Numbered from the stretch's first letter, positions 8,125 through 18,014 are shown. The stretch: DNA of 64,000 nucleotides from an uncultured Ignavibacteriales bacterium (GCA_964627305.1 CAZVHP010000001.1:454171-518170), one strand, 5' to 3'. Numbers and translations: made by a program. The notes: generated from the letters alone by a model not told the origin.

Positions 8125-9204
8125 ATGGTCACCCTGCGCGAACTCCTTGAGCAAATGGTCAAAATGAATGCCTCTGATCTGCACCTGACGGTGGGCGCCC
8201 CCCCGGTCGTACGTGTCGACGGAAAACTCATCCGCCTGCAAATGGACCCCCTCAACAGCGAAATGACCAAGAAGCTGTCATACTCCATGCTCAACGAGAA
8301 ACAGAAACTCAAATTCGAGCAGAACTCAGAACTCGACTTCTCTTTCGGTATCGAGTCCATGAGCCGCTTTCGTTGCAATATGTTCATGCAGCGCGGCAAC
8401 ATCGCCGTCGTCCTGCGCCAGATACCCTATCGCGTACCATCTTTCGAGGAACTCGGACTGCCCAAGGTGATCGCCACCTTCTCCAAACTGCCCAGAGGAC
8501 TGATCCTCGTGACCGGCCCAACCGGCAGTGGCAAATCAACCACCCTTGCCGCTGTCATCGACAAGATCAACAAGGAGCGACCTGTCCATATTATCACCGT
8601 CGAGGATCCCATCGAATACCTGCACCGCCACCAGACCGCCCTGGTGAACCAGCGCGAGGTATACTCCGATACCACCTCCTTCGCCTCAGCGCTCAAATAC
8701 GCCCTGCGCGAGGATCCCGATGTCGTCCTGGTCGGCGAGATGCGCGATCTGGAAACGATCGAGGCCGCCATCTCCATCTCCGAGACCGGTCACCTCGCCT
8801 TCGCCACCTTGCATACCAACTCGGCAGTGGAGTCTATCAACCGCATCGTCGACTCATTCCCTACTAATCAGCAGGAGCAGGTACGAGTTTCCCTGTCATT
8901 CGCCCTGCAGGCGATTGTCTCACAGTGCCTGATTCCAAAGATCGGAGGCGGACGCGTCGTCGCACTCGAGGTCATGATCTGTACTCCGGCCATCCGCGCC
9001 CTCATCCGCGATGACAAAGTGCACCAAATGTATTCCATGATCCAGTCCGGTCAGAAATATGGTATGAAGACCATGAATCAGTCGCTCCAGGAACTCTACA
9101 GCTCCGGAAAAGTCACGCTCAACGATGCTATGGCGTACAGCTGCAATCCACAGGAACTCAGCGAGATGCTCGAACGTCACCAGAAATCGACGGCCACGGC
9201 CTAA
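8125..9204 (+). CDS. pilT: twitching motility retraction ATPase PilT
   Basis: 359 aa. Motifs: LLEQMVKMNASDLHLTVGAPP, Walker A GPTGSGKSTT, VLVGEMRD, GHLAFATLHTNSA. The size and the lack of a GspE N-domain are typical of PilT. Confidence 0.9.
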   Translation: MVTLRELLEQMVKMNASDLHLTVGAPPVVRVDGKLIRLQMDPLNSEMTKKLSYSMLNEKQKLKFEQNSELDFSFGIESMSRFRCNMFMQRGNIAVVLRQIPYRVPSFEELGLPKVIATFSKLPRGLILVTGPTGSGKSTTLAAVIDKINKERPVHIITVEDPIEYLHRHQTALVNQREVYSDTTSFASALKYALREDPDVVLVGEMRDLETIEAAISISETGHLAFATLHTNSAVESINRIVDSFPTNQQEQVRVSLSFALQAIVSQCLIPKIGGGRVVALEVMICTPAIRALIRDDKVHQMYSMIQSGQKYGMKTMNQSLQELYSSGKVTLNDAMAYSCNPQELSEMLERHQKSTATA

Positions 9205-9226
9205 GGTGTGAGAAAGGACAATAGCA

Positions 9227-10423
9227 ATGCCAGTATTTGATTATAAGGGCAAAACACTCGCCGGAGCCGCTGTCCATGGATCGCTCAAGGCAAAGAGCCG
9301 TAGCGATCTCGAGCGCGTTCTCAGACAAAACCGCATCCTTGTTACGTCCATCTCCAAAAAAGCGCCCGAGATCAACATCAAGATCGGCACCGGCATCAAG
9401 CGCCTCGAGGTCTCCCGGTTCACCCGCCAGTTCGCCACCATGATCGGCGCCGGCCTGCCGATGGTCCAGTGCCTTGAGGTCCTCGCGTCGCAGGCAGAAA
9501 ACAAGGAACTGGCCAAAGTTGTCAGCCAGGTGAAAGACGACGTGCAGGGCGGCTCAACCCTTTCAGAAGCGCTCGCCCGACACAACAAGGTGTTCGACCA
9601 GCTCTATACCAACATGGTCGAGGCCGGCGAAATCGGTGGCGCCCTCGATGCCATCCTGCAGCGTCTTGCCTCCTACCGTGAGAAAGCCGATCGCCTCGTC
9701 AGAAAAGTCAAAGGTGCCATGGTCTATCCGGCGGTTATCGTCTTCGTCGCCGTAGCTGTCACCATCGGTATGCTGGCCTTCATTGTCCCCGTCTTCGCCA
9801 AGATGTTCGGCGGTCTCAATGCCGAGCTGCCCATGCCCACCCAGGTCGTGCTGATGGTCTCGGACTTCCTCAAGGCCAATATGCACTATATCGTGCTCGG
9901 CACCATTGCGGCCGCCGGGGCTCTGGTGTGGTACCGCAGAACACCTGCAGGGGCGCTCGTGACCGACAATATCCTGCTGCGAATGCCCGTCCTCGGCAAC
10001 CTCGTCCGCAAGTCCGCCGTGGCCCGCTTCACCAGAACTCTGGGCACCCTGTTGGCCTCCGGTGTCTCGATCCTCGATGCCCTTGAGATTACGGCCAAAA
10101 CCGCCGGCAACACCGTTATCGCCCAGGCCATCCAGAAATCCGTCATGTCCATTGCCGAGGGCGAGACTATCACCGCGCCACTGAAAACCTCCGGTGTCTT
10201 CCCCCCAATGGTGACCCAGATGATCTCCGTGGGTGAGAAGACCGGCGGCCTTGATGAAATGCTCAACAAGATTGCCGACTTCTACGACGAGGAGGTCGAC
10301 GAAGCTGTCTCGGCTCTGACCTCAGTCATCGAGCCTATTATCATCGTCATTATGGGTGTCGTGATCGGTGCCATCCTCGTCGCCATGTATCTGCCAATGT
10401 TCGATATCATCGGCAAGATCTGA
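9227..10423 (+). CDS. pilC: type IV pilus platform protein PilC (GspF family)
   Basis: 398 aa. It has the typical N-terminus MPVFDYKGK, two GspF-type repeats (FTRQFATMIGAGLP; FTRTLGTLLASGVS) and three hydrophobic segments. Confidence 0.9.
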   Translation: MPVFDYKGKTLAGAAVHGSLKAKSRSDLERVLRQNRILVTSISKKAPEINIKIGTGIKRLEVSRFTRQFATMIGAGLPMVQCLEVLASQAENKELAKVVSQVKDDVQGGSTLSEALARHNKVFDQLYTNMVEAGEIGGALDAILQRLASYREKADRLVRKVKGAMVYPAVIVFVAVAVTIGMLAFIVPVFAKMFGGLNAELPMPTQVVLMVSDFLKANMHYIVLGTIAAAGALVWYRRTPAGALVTDNILLRMPVLGNLVRKSAVARFTRTLGTLLASGVSILDALEITAKTAGNTVIAQAIQKSVMSIAEGETITAPLKTSGVFPPMVTQMISVGEKTGGLDEMLNKIADFYDEEVDEAVSALTSVIEPIIIVIMGVVIGAILVAMYLPMFDIIGKI

Positions 10424-10471
10424 CCGACGAAATATGGTCACCGGCAACACAACAACTGAATAGACCAATCC

Positions 10472-10499
10472 GGCGGCGCCTCAGGGCGCCGCCCGTTTG
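10472..10499 (+). terminator. intrinsic-terminator-like hairpin after pilC
   Basis: GGCGGCGCC (10472-10480), loop TCAG, GGCGCCGCC (10485-10493), then CGTTTGC. The 9-bp GC stem is perfect but the T-run is short. It overlaps the TTG start proposed in the ORF track for the next gene. Confidence 0.5.
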
Positions 10500-10502
10500 C
10501 TT

Positions 10503-12224
10503 ATGCGCTTCACTTCCGACTCAAAACAGTTTGGCTGGTTCCTGCCACTGCGCCTGGCCTCGTTCATCGTCCTGTTCTCCGTGGTCGCACTCTGGCTGAA
10601 ATTTCCCGTGCAACTGCAACTGCCCTTCGTTGCCTATGCCGTCACCACCCTGCTGTTTGCGCTTCTGCTGATCATCGACCGGCGCCAGCGATTCCCCGTC
10701 GCCACCGCCGCCATTCTGGCCACCCAGTTCATCCTCGAAGTCGTCCTGGAGGCCGGTGTTCTCTGGGCCACCGGAAGCATCAACTCACCTTTCTCCGGGC
10801 TATTCCTGCTGACCATTGTCTCTGCCGCCCTCGCTTTCAGACTCGCCGGAACTCTGATCACGGCATCTGTTGTCTCCATCAGCTTCTGTGTCGTCACCTG
10901 GCATGACCTGAGCAACAGCGTCGAGGTCCCGTTCTCCCCGAACATCTTCCAAACCATCATCACTGCCTCGGACAACGTCTTCTACTCTGTCTTCCTTCAC
11001 TTGCTCATCTTCTATCTGGTAGCCTTCATTGCCGGCTATCTCGCCGAACACCTGGTCGACCGTGACCGCCGCCTTGCCGATACCTCTCGAGCCCTGCGCA
11101 TCGCACGCCTGGAGACCGATGACATCCTCAGACACCTGAACTCCGGACTGCTCACCATCAACCCCGAGGGCCGCATCACCTACTTCAACCGCGCCGCTGA
11201 ACGCATCCTCGGCTACCGCGAAGAGGAAGTCCGCGGCATGCTCTGCCACGAAGTCTTTGCCGAACGCATGCCCGGCCTGGTCAACTGCCTGCTCGCCGGT
11301 ATCGTCGACTCCAACGAACATCCCCGACGCGAGATCGACATCATCAACGCCGAGGGGAGAGCTGTCCCGGTGGGCCTGTCTACGTCCATTCTGCTCGAGG
11401 AAAACGGCTTGCCACGAGGTGTCATCGCCATCTTCTCTGATCTCACCCGAGCTAAACAACTCGAAACCAAAGTCCGCGCTGCCGACCGCCTCGCTGCTGT
11501 CGGCGAGCTGTCCGCCTCTATCGCCCACGAAATCCGAAACCCCCTTGCCGCTATCTCAGGGTCAGTTGAGGTGCTCTCCAGCGAACTCCCGCTCGATGGC
11601 GAGAATGCCCGCCTGATGGAACTCATCGTCAAGGAATCCACGCGCCTCAATACCATCCTGACCGACTTCCTCAGCTTCGCCCGAATCGACCGCCCCGCCT
11701 ATACCAAAGTCGAACTATGTCACGTCATCGCCGATGTCATCAAACTGCTCAAACACAGCAACATGACCCAGGAAACCATCGACATCAACTTCGAATCCGA
11801 TGAATCCATGGTCTATGTGGTCGGCGACGAGGACCTGCTCAAACAACTCCTGCTTAATCTCGGCGTCAATGCCTGCCAGGCCATGATTCCCGGCGGGGGA
11901 GAGCTGACCTTCCGACTCGTTGCCAACCCCGAGCGCAAGGCCGCCGAACTGTATGTCATAGACACCGGCCCCGGTATACCCCCTGATCGACTCAAAAGGA
12001 TATTCGAACCCTTCTACTCCACCCGAAAGGGCGGCACCGGCCTCGGCCTGGCCATCGTTCACCGCATCGCCAATGCTCTTGAGCTTGAACTCGCCTGTGA
12101 TTCGCAAGTAGGGGAGGGAACCACCTTCCTCGTCAGCTTCCGTACCTACTCGGACAGACAGCAGTACCCGACCACAGACGACCTCGCTCAGACCGCAGAG
12201 GCCCTCGCAAGTCCACCCGCCTGA
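10503..12224 (+). CDS. PilS-like sensor histidine kinase (multi-TM, PAS, HisKA, HATPase)
   Basis: Start moved from TTG 10497 to ATG 10503. About six N-terminal TM helices are followed by a PAS-like segment (GLLTINPEGRITYFNRAAERILGY), H-box SASIAHEIRNPL, N-box LLLNLGVNACQAM, G1 VIDTGPGI and G2 GGTGLGLAIV. No response regulator is adjacent. Confidence 0.8.
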   Translation: MRFTSDSKQFGWFLPLRLASFIVLFSVVALWLKFPVQLQLPFVAYAVTTLLFALLLIIDRRQRFPVATAAILATQFILEVVLEAGVLWATGSINSPFSGLFLLTIVSAALAFRLAGTLITASVVSISFCVVTWHDLSNSVEVPFSPNIFQTIITASDNVFYSVFLHLLIFYLVAFIAGYLAEHLVDRDRRLADTSRALRIARLETDDILRHLNSGLLTINPEGRITYFNRAAERILGYREEEVRGMLCHEVFAERMPGLVNCLLAGIVDSNEHPRREIDIINAEGRAVPVGLSTSILLEENGLPRGVIAIFSDLTRAKQLETKVRAADRLAAVGELSASIAHEIRNPLAAISGSVEVLSSELPLDGENARLMELIVKESTRLNTILTDFLSFARIDRPAYTKVELCHVIADVIKLLKHSNMTQETIDINFESDESMVYVVGDEDLLKQLLLNLGVNACQAMIPGGGELTFRLVANPERKAAELYVIDTGPGIPPDRLKRIFEPFYSTRKGGTGLGLAIVHRIANALELELACDSQVGEGTTFLVSFRTYSDRQQYPTTDDLAQTAEALASPPA

Positions 12225-12268
12225 ACCTCTGAGTCCCGCAACTCCGATCCGATTTCCCAATTTCCTGG

Positions 12269-12296
12269 TTGCTTTTTTGCCCCCGACGTGTACAAT
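12269..12296 (+). promoter_or_regulatory. candidate promoter TTGCTT-N16-TACAAT
   Basis: Motif match 40 nt upstream of the PPIase gene start. No other support. Confidence 0.25.
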
Positions 12297-12336
12297 TAGT
12301 AATTCAACGTTAACCGCAACAGCAGGAAAGGGATAG

Positions 12337-14112
12337 ATGAAGCGTTTCGTTGGGCTTGTGGTCGCCTGCCTCGCCCTCTTGGGGTTCACGCAATCCTGCC
12401 AGCGCCCGGTGCCGTCGCTGGTCTCACTGAGTAATATGAGTCAATTCGATCGCGTCGTTGCAACCACCAACGCGGGTTATCAACTCACCCTGCCCGAGCT
12501 CTATCGATCCGTCGCCCTGTCCAAAGGGCTTTACAACGGCGGCACGCTCGACAGCGCCGATGTCCGGCGTTTCCTTGATAGCATGCTCGTCGATTCCCTC
12601 ATCGGCCTCGAAGCTCATCAGGTCAGACTGGACAGCTTCAGGCTCGACTGGCAGACCTTCCAGGCCCAGCGGCGGACCGTCCTCGTCAGCAGCTTCATCC
12701 AGGCCAACATCTACGACATCCTCGATCTCGACTCCGTCCGCGTCGTCGAATTCTACAACGAACGCGAGGACCTCTTTGCCGTCCCGGAAATGGCTCGCAT
12801 CTATCATCTGTCCGTATCCCTGCGTGACATCCGCTGGGGCCCGGACAGTGCCACCATGAAAGACCTCACACCAGAGCAACTCGACTCAGTTGCCGTCACT
12901 GAAATCGACAGCCTCCACAGGCAGATCACCAATCGCCAGTCCTTCATGGATCTCGTCAGCATCCACAACGGCACCGCTGTCGCTCACACACGCGCCGGTG
13001 ACCTCGGCTGGGTGCGCCGCAACCAGTACCTCCATCCCTTTGACTCCGTCGCTTTCGCTCTCGACTCCGGTATGGTCTCCGATCCCTACCCCGACCCCAA
13101 CGGCTGGAACGTGCTCTACTGCGACGGCCATATAGACGCGGGAATTCCACCCCTGGATGACACCCTCTTTGTCGTGGCTCTGCACTCCCTGCGCAACCAC
13201 CTGGCCAATCTCAGGGCGCCCGCACTCGCTGACTCGCTGGACAAGCTCACCAATCTGGAGTTCCGCGAGGACGTCCTCCTCGACTCCAACATCTATCTGA
13301 TCGATCGCGATGAATGGGCGGCAATCGTCAACGGCATTGACACCATCTTCTTCGCAGATCTGCGCGCTTTGGAAGAGAGGTATCGACGCATGTACGTCGT
13401 GGACAACACCAGCGCCGAGATCAAAAGAGATATGGCCCGTGAGCTGGCTGGCCCCTATGTCACTACCCGCGCCGCCGAGGATCAGGGACTCGATACCCTG
13501 CCTGACACCAAACGCCTGCTTGACTCGCTCTATCACGTGTATCAAAAGGGCACCCTCCTCAGGAAACTGGAGCCGACCAACTACAAGCCATCAGATAGCG
13601 AGATTGAGGCCTACTACCACGCCAATATTCACAACTACCAGTTTGCCAAACCAATGAAGGTGCAACAGATCGTAGTCTCTGACTCGATTTTCGCTGACTT
13701 CGTGCGCGATCAGGCCACCGCCGGCTACGAGTTCATGGAACTGGCCGCCCAGTACCATCAGGGCGACACCGCCCCATACCCGTTTCTGGCCGCCGATCTC
13801 GGTGATATTGGCCCCGATGATGCCCCTGCAGACATCTACCGCGCCATGCAGGCTACCCCGACACGAGTGGTCAGTTATCCCTTCCATAGTGACTACGGCT
13901 GGCACATCTTCAAGGTCCTTGAGCGCCGCAAGAACCTGCCTCTGGCCGATGCCCGCGGTCGCATTGTCCTGACTCTGACCAAACAACGACAACAGGAGCT
14001 CTTCGACGCTGCCCGTGATTCACTCTTCGCCAAGTACGGCGTTGCCACCGCCGATCACGTGCCGCCGTTCCATCTGCCGCCTTACACCGACAGGTATGCG
14101 GCGCTGCAATGA
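12337..14112 (+). CDS. SurA/PrsA-like peptidyl-prolyl isomerase lipoprotein (two parvulin-type domains)
   Basis: 591 aa. It has a signal peptide with lipobox-like LLGFTQSC and parvulin signatures GDLGWVRRNQYLHPFDSVAFAL and SYPFHSDYGWHIFKVLERR. Confidence 0.75.
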   Translation: MKRFVGLVVACLALLGFTQSCQRPVPSLVSLSNMSQFDRVVATTNAGYQLTLPELYRSVALSKGLYNGGTLDSADVRRFLDSMLVDSLIGLEAHQVRLDSFRLDWQTFQAQRRTVLVSSFIQANIYDILDLDSVRVVEFYNEREDLFAVPEMARIYHLSVSLRDIRWGPDSATMKDLTPEQLDSVAVTEIDSLHRQITNRQSFMDLVSIHNGTAVAHTRAGDLGWVRRNQYLHPFDSVAFALDSGMVSDPYPDPNGWNVLYCDGHIDAGIPPLDDTLFVVALHSLRNHLANLRAPALADSLDKLTNLEFREDVLLDSNIYLIDRDEWAAIVNGIDTIFFADLRALEERYRRMYVVDNTSAEIKRDMARELAGPYVTTRAAEDQGLDTLPDTKRLLDSLYHVYQKGTLLRKLEPTNYKPSDSEIEAYYHANIHNYQFAKPMKVQQIVVSDSIFADFVRDQATAGYEFMELAAQYHQGDTAPYPFLAADLGDIGPDDAPADIYRAMQATPTRVVSYPFHSDYGWHIFKVLERRKNLPLADARGRIVLTLTKQRQQELFDAARDSLFAKYGVATADHVPPFHLPPYTDRYAALQ

Positions 14113-14726
14113 CGGCCACACGCCACAACACTGATCAAATCCCGTTTTCGCAGGAAATCCTCCGCAAGGCAACCCACATCGGCGCCCTGGTCATTCCCGT
14201 CGGCTACTGGATTCTGGGTCTTTCACGCCTCGAAATGCTCGGTGTCATGGTGCCGATCACCATCATTTTCATCCTGTTTGATATCGGTCGCCTCCGAGGC
14301 TGGCTTATCTGGGAAAAGATCGCCGCCCCGCTTTTCGATGGTATGATCCGCAACCACGAGAAGGCCGACTTCACCGGCGCTACCTATATATTGCTGACCA
14401 CGTGTGCCACCGTTGCCATGTTCCCCAAACCGATCGCTGTCGCCGCCCTGACGTTTATCATCGTCGGCGACACCCTCGCGGCCCTTGTCGGTCGACGATG
14501 GGGAAGACACAAATGGTTCGGCCACAAATCCATCGAGGGTAGCCTCGCCTGCCTTGCTGGCCTGATTGTTGTGGCCCATATCACGCCCGGTCTCCCGCTT
14601 GCTGTCGGCCTGATCGGCGCCGTCGTCGCCACTCTCGTCGAGGCCATGCCGCTTCACATCGACGACAATGTTACCGTGCCAATCCTCTCCGGTATTGTTA
14701 TGTTGTTAATGTGGAACGTGTTATGA
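14109..14726 (+). CDS. polyprenol/phytol/diacylglycerol kinase family membrane protein (CTP-dependent, SEC59/DGK1/VTE5-like)
   Basis: 205-aa polytopic protein. Motifs: RKATHIGAL and IIVGDTLAALVGRRWGRHKW..KSIEGSLA. The start overlaps the upstream stop (ATGA). Confidence 0.7.
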   Translation: MTATRHNTDQIPFSQEILRKATHIGALVIPVGYWILGLSRLEMLGVMVPITIIFILFDIGRLRGWLIWEKIAAPLFDGMIRNHEKADFTGATYILLTTCATVAMFPKPIAVAALTFIIVGDTLAALVGRRWGRHKWFGHKSIEGSLACLAGLIVVAHITPGLPLAVGLIGAVVATLVEAMPLHIDDNVTVPILSGIVMLLMWNVL

Positions 14727-14828
14727 TGATGTGAGTTTCGCGCAAACTTTTGGTGGCATTGAAGGTAGAATTAGTATATATTTAAGGTTGTGGGAATGTG
14801 CACTTCACTTTGACCGGAGGGAAGTACT

Positions 14829-15041
14829 ATGCCAAAAGGGAAGGTAACCTACTTCAACGATGTGAAAGGTTGGGGGGTCATCTCCGGTGACGCATCCGAG
14901 CAGGACATCTATGTTCACTACACAGCCATCAACATGGACGGCTTCAAGACCTTGAAACCGGGACAGGAAGTCTACTACGAGGTCATGAACACCGACCGCG
15001 GCCCGCACGCGCAGAATGTGACACTCAGTGCCAATGGCTGA
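14829..15041 (+). CDS. cold-shock protein (CspA family)
   Basis: 70 aa. KGKVTYFNDVKGWGVI and DIYVHYTAI correspond to the RNP1/RNP2 motifs of CSD proteins. It has an AT-rich ~100-nt leader and is followed by a strong terminator. Confidence 0.9.
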   Translation: MPKGKVTYFNDVKGWGVISGDASEQDIYVHYTAINMDGFKTLKPGQEVYYEVMNTDRGPHAQNVTLSANG

Positions 15042-15070
15042 CCAGTGACCGGCGCCATCTCAGTTTGCAG

Positions 15071-15105
15071 GCGGGCTGCCCCTATCGGGTAGCCCGCTTT
15101 CATTT
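15071..15105 (+). terminator. rho-independent terminator of csp
   Basis: GCGGGCTGCCC (15071-15081), loop CTATC, GGGTAGCCCGC (15087-15097); 11 bp including one G-U pair. It is followed by TTTCATTTT. Confidence 0.7.
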
Positions 15106-15240
15106 TGGCACAACCTTTCTAATGGCAACATTAAGCGAGATGTGCAGATTGCTGCACAGATGTTCTTTCTACTGCGTCTTCGCCATGAAGGTATGCTTCA
15201 CGCATGAGTAGCGTGTCAACGCTTGTCGAAAGGGGTTGCT

Positions 15241-15783
15241 ATGTTCAAGATTACCGCTCCGGCCGCATCCTCGCTGGCCGTCATTATGGTCTTGGCTCTC
15301 TGCATCTTTGGTTGCAGCAATTCCACCGCCCCCGAATCTGCAGAACCGGCCAATAGACTAATCGCTGCCAGTGGGTGTGGGGGATTCTCGGAGACGAAGC
15401 GCGCCGAGATAGGTATCGCTTCAGTGCCAACCAGCGACCAGACTTGCCTTGTCTGGGAGTACGACCAGTCCGCGAGTCGCCTGACAGTATCTCACCTCAA
15501 TGGCGCCTTCAACTGCTGCACCCAGCCCAATGGAGCTGTGAACACCGGCAGCAGCCACCTCTGGATTATCGAATTCGAGACCGGTCCGGTTTGTCGCTGC
15601 CTGTGCCTGTACGATCTGCAGTTCGAAATCCACGATATATCGCCGCAAACCTACACTCTTGCGATCATCTCTGACTACACACCGACCGGCGATCAGCCCA
15701 TCACCACCGAAATCGACCTGGAATCACAACTTTCCGGCATGATCTGCTTCGATCGTACCGGCTACCCCTGGGCCGAAGAATGA
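15241..15783 (+). CDS. Cys-rich lipoprotein, unknown function
   Basis: Track ORF trimmed to ATG 15241 (GAAAGGGG upstream). It has a signal peptide with lipobox LCIFGC and eight further Cys residues. No family recognised. Confidence 0.55.
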   Translation: MFKITAPAASSLAVIMVLALCIFGCSNSTAPESAEPANRLIAASGCGGFSETKRAEIGIASVPTSDQTCLVWEYDQSASRLTVSHLNGAFNCCTQPNGAVNTGSSHLWIIEFETGPVCRCLCLYDLQFEIHDISPQTYTLAIISDYTPTGDQPITTEIDLESQLSGMICFDRTGYPWAEE

Positions 15784-15822
15784 CAACCGGGAAGCAGCAC
15801 CACTCATAACTACCGACCGCCC

Positions 15823-16170
15823 CTATGGCTTGAGAATCCTGCCGTACTCAAGCATCCAGGACACCGTCTCACGCATGTTGCCGACCTCGCCGATCATCAG
15901 CTTGTCTTTGCGCCCATAGTAATCCAGGCACGTCCCGCAAGTGTGAATCCGGGCCCCCCGTCGCTCGAACTCCTGCAGTGTCTCAAGGGCAGGTGAACCC
16001 TCGGTACTCAGGAATATCCCGCTGTTCATCAGAAGGATCCGCTCCGGGACCGTCCCCGACTCCAACAGCATGGCAAGAAACGACTTCATCAGTTTCTCGC
16101 CGAGGTCCGGCTCTCCTTCGCCGATTCCCGAGGATGTCAGAAGCAGAAGCACATCAGTGTTGACCGTCAT
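15823..16170 (-). CDS. DsrE-like / YedF C-terminal-domain-like sulfur (selenium) relay protein
   Basis: 115 aa. The pattern LLLLTSSGIGEGEPDLGEKLMKSF...ILLMNSGIFL...LQEFERRGARIHTCGTCLDYY...GEVGNM matches the DsrE-like domain of YedF-type proteins as I recall it. Confidence 0.6.
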   Translation of the reverse strand: MTVNTDVLLLLTSSGIGEGEPDLGEKLMKSFLAMLLESGTVPERILLMNSGIFLSTEGSPALETLQEFERRGARIHTCGTCLDYYGRKDKLMIGEVGNMRETVSWMLEYGRILKP

Positions 16171-16324
16171 GAAGCCACCTCTCTGGTTACCAGGTTCTTG
16201 ATACTCCCGCCTAATCTACACCGACACCGCGCCAATGCAAGCAGTTCATGAACCCACGATCTGCGTCGTCGCTTTCACTGCCTTCCGGCGAAATCCTCGT
16301 GGGTAGGCAAGTGCATTAATAACG

Positions 16325-16353
16325 TTGCATTCAGCGGTCCATTTAGTTATATA
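16325..16353 (+). promoter_or_regulatory. candidate promoter TTGCAT-N17-TATATA
   Basis: Motif match in the 298-nt divergent intergenic region, about 115 nt upstream of the FISUMP gene. Confidence 0.3.
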
Positions 16354-16468
16354 TAGAGTCAGAAGACCCGTTCCCGTATCCCCGGCGGGCAGGGACAGGA
16401 TACACAGTCTCCGCGATCACTAACCAAAGAGATGCCGGGATAACAACGTCCAAACAGGAGAGTCTGTC

Positions 16469-17203
16469 ATGACCACGCTTGCCACGCCCGCCGATCGTCT
16501 CAAACCGCTTGTGACATCGCTGCTGCTTTGTCTGTTTCTTCTCGCGGTCGGATGTTCCTCCGGCTCCGACGGGCCATCCCGCTCATCGCAGAACCTGCAA
16601 AAAGGGTCATTCACCGATCCCGAGGGCAACACCTACGTCACTGTCAAGATTGGCGATCAGTGGTGGATGGCCGAGAACCTCCGAGTAACCCGGTATCGCA
16701 ACGGAGACCCGATCGACCACACCGCCGAGGCCGACACCTGGTTCAACTCCACGGCGGGAGCGTGGTGTCATGTCGAAAACAATCCTGCCTTCACGGCCAC
16801 CTACGGCCTTCTGTACAACGGCTTCGCCGTCAATGACCCCCGGGGACTGGCGCCGGACGGCTGGCACATTCCCTCTGACCAGGAATGGCAGACACTCGTT
16901 AGTCACCTCGGCCCCACCAACCCGGGCGGCAAGGCCAAGGCCGTCGGGACCTCGCACTGGTTCCCTCCGAACCTGGGCGCCACCAACGAATCAGGATTCT
17001 CCGGCCTGCCGGCAGGAGTGCGTCCACCCATCGGGTCATTTACCAACCGCGGCGAAATCGTGTTCTTCTGGACAACCACAGTGGCCATCCCTCCACCAGT
17101 GGTCCATTTGTGGCTTCGCGGCCTGGGCTACGCCGAGACAGAGTTCCGCCACCAGATGGTGCCGCTCCAGATGGGCCTGTCCGTACGCTGTGTTATGGAC
17201 TGA
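16469..17203 (+). CDS. FISUMP (Fibrobacter succinogenes major paralogous) domain lipoprotein
   Basis: 244 aa with lipobox LLAVGCSS. Motifs: FTDPEGNTYVTVKIGDQWWMAENL, GLLYNGFAV, APDGWHIPSDQEWQTL, GFSGLPAG. These are characteristic of the FISUMP/DUF1566-like fold. Confidence 0.8.
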   Translation: MTTLATPADRLKPLVTSLLLCLFLLAVGCSSGSDGPSRSSQNLQKGSFTDPEGNTYVTVKIGDQWWMAENLRVTRYRNGDPIDHTAEADTWFNSTAGAWCHVENNPAFTATYGLLYNGFAVNDPRGLAPDGWHIPSDQEWQTLVSHLGPTNPGGKAKAVGTSHWFPPNLGATNESGFSGLPAGVRPPIGSFTNRGEIVFFWTTTVAIPPPVVHLWLRGLGYAETEFRHQMVPLQMGLSVRCVMD

Positions 17204-17303
17204 GTTGCTTTCTCACATAACGAAGCCGCAACTTCAGTCAGGTTCCAAATGGTGTACGAGACAACAACATCGACACGCCGTGCAACACCACACCCACAAT
17301 GAA

Positions 17304-17332
17304 AACAGGCCCCCGAAAACCGGGAGCCTGTT
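17304..17332. terminator. hairpin between convergent genes (candidate bidirectional terminator)
   Basis: AACAGGCCCCCG, loop AAAA, CCGGGAGCCTGTT (one mismatch). It lies between the FISUMP gene (+) and the membrane-protein gene (-). Confidence 0.45.
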
Positions 17333-17359
17333 ACAGAATCTCTTATAGCTGAACCGCCG

Positions 17360-17821
17360 TCAGCCAACCATCTGTTTCGGCTGACGATCCTTACCCGGTG
17401 CCGGCGGCGGATTGCCCGGATACTTGTATGCTACCTGACGCGAATTGAACGCCAGCACAAATGCCGCCACGAAATTCACAAAGGGGATCATCATCAAGAA
17501 ACCCCACACCGCCGACTGCCCGACACTCCTCGCCGCGTCCATCCACAGCTTGAAGAAGATGAAGATGTTGACAATCGGAATGAATAGAAACAGCAGCCAA
17601 TACAGCGGCTTCTCGGCCATCTGCACCAGCAACACCGTATTGAGAATCGGCACAAACGCAAACCAGGCGTTGTCTGCCTGACCCGATTTCTGCGCCATCT
17701 TGTACATCATGAACGCGAAGTACAGATACAACGAGATCATGACCAACCAACCGAACATCGAGAAGAACATGTCGCCGGATGAACCAGCGCTCGAATACAC
17801 GTACTCTTCGTGCATATCCAT
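17360..17821 (-). CDS. DUF5684-like polytopic membrane protein
   Basis: 153 aa. The pattern YKMAQKSGQADNAWFAFVPILN...KPLYWLLFLFIPIVN...GFLMMIPFVNFVAAFVLAF resembles the DUF5684 family as I recall it. The C-terminus is Pro-rich. Confidence 0.55.
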   Translation of the reverse strand: MDMHEEYVYSSAGSSGDMFFSMFGWLVMISLYLYFAFMMYKMAQKSGQADNAWFAFVPILNTVLLVQMAEKPLYWLLFLFIPIVNIFIFFKLWMDAARSVGQSAVWGFLMMIPFVNFVAAFVLAFNSRQVAYKYPGNPPPAPGKDRQPKQMVG

Positions 17822-18014
17822 CCTCCACTGGGAGATAACAGCTCGCCAGAGCGCAAGCTGCCGTTACGGTACCGTAAGAAAGCTTCCTCGTCTATGGCTT
17901 GTTATCGACAACAAAATGACTCCACTTTATGCTGGCTCCGACCCGTCCCCGTGAATCGTCACAGGTTGTGCAGTTTATCAGCACGCCGGCGAGCAATCAG
18001 TCAGACCTTGGCTG

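Noticed and set aside
15141-15158. Inverted repeat TGTGCAG-ATTG-CTGCACA downstream of the csp terminator
   Set aside because: It has 7-bp arms only, is a single occurrence and has no adjacent regulator. It is too short to distinguish from chance.
16376-16394. Possible fourth, degenerate copy of the REP-like element (GTATCCCCGGCGGGCAGGG)
   Set aside because: Only about 12-14 nt resemble the core and the hairpin is incomplete. It cannot be separated from random GC-rich similarity.
16469-17359. Possible diversity-generating retroelement target, since FISUMP/DUF1566-like lectin folds are frequent DGR variable proteins
   Set aside because: No reverse-transcriptase-like ORF exists anywhere in the window. 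I found no template repeat resembling the 3' end of the gene in the flanking 160-300 nt.
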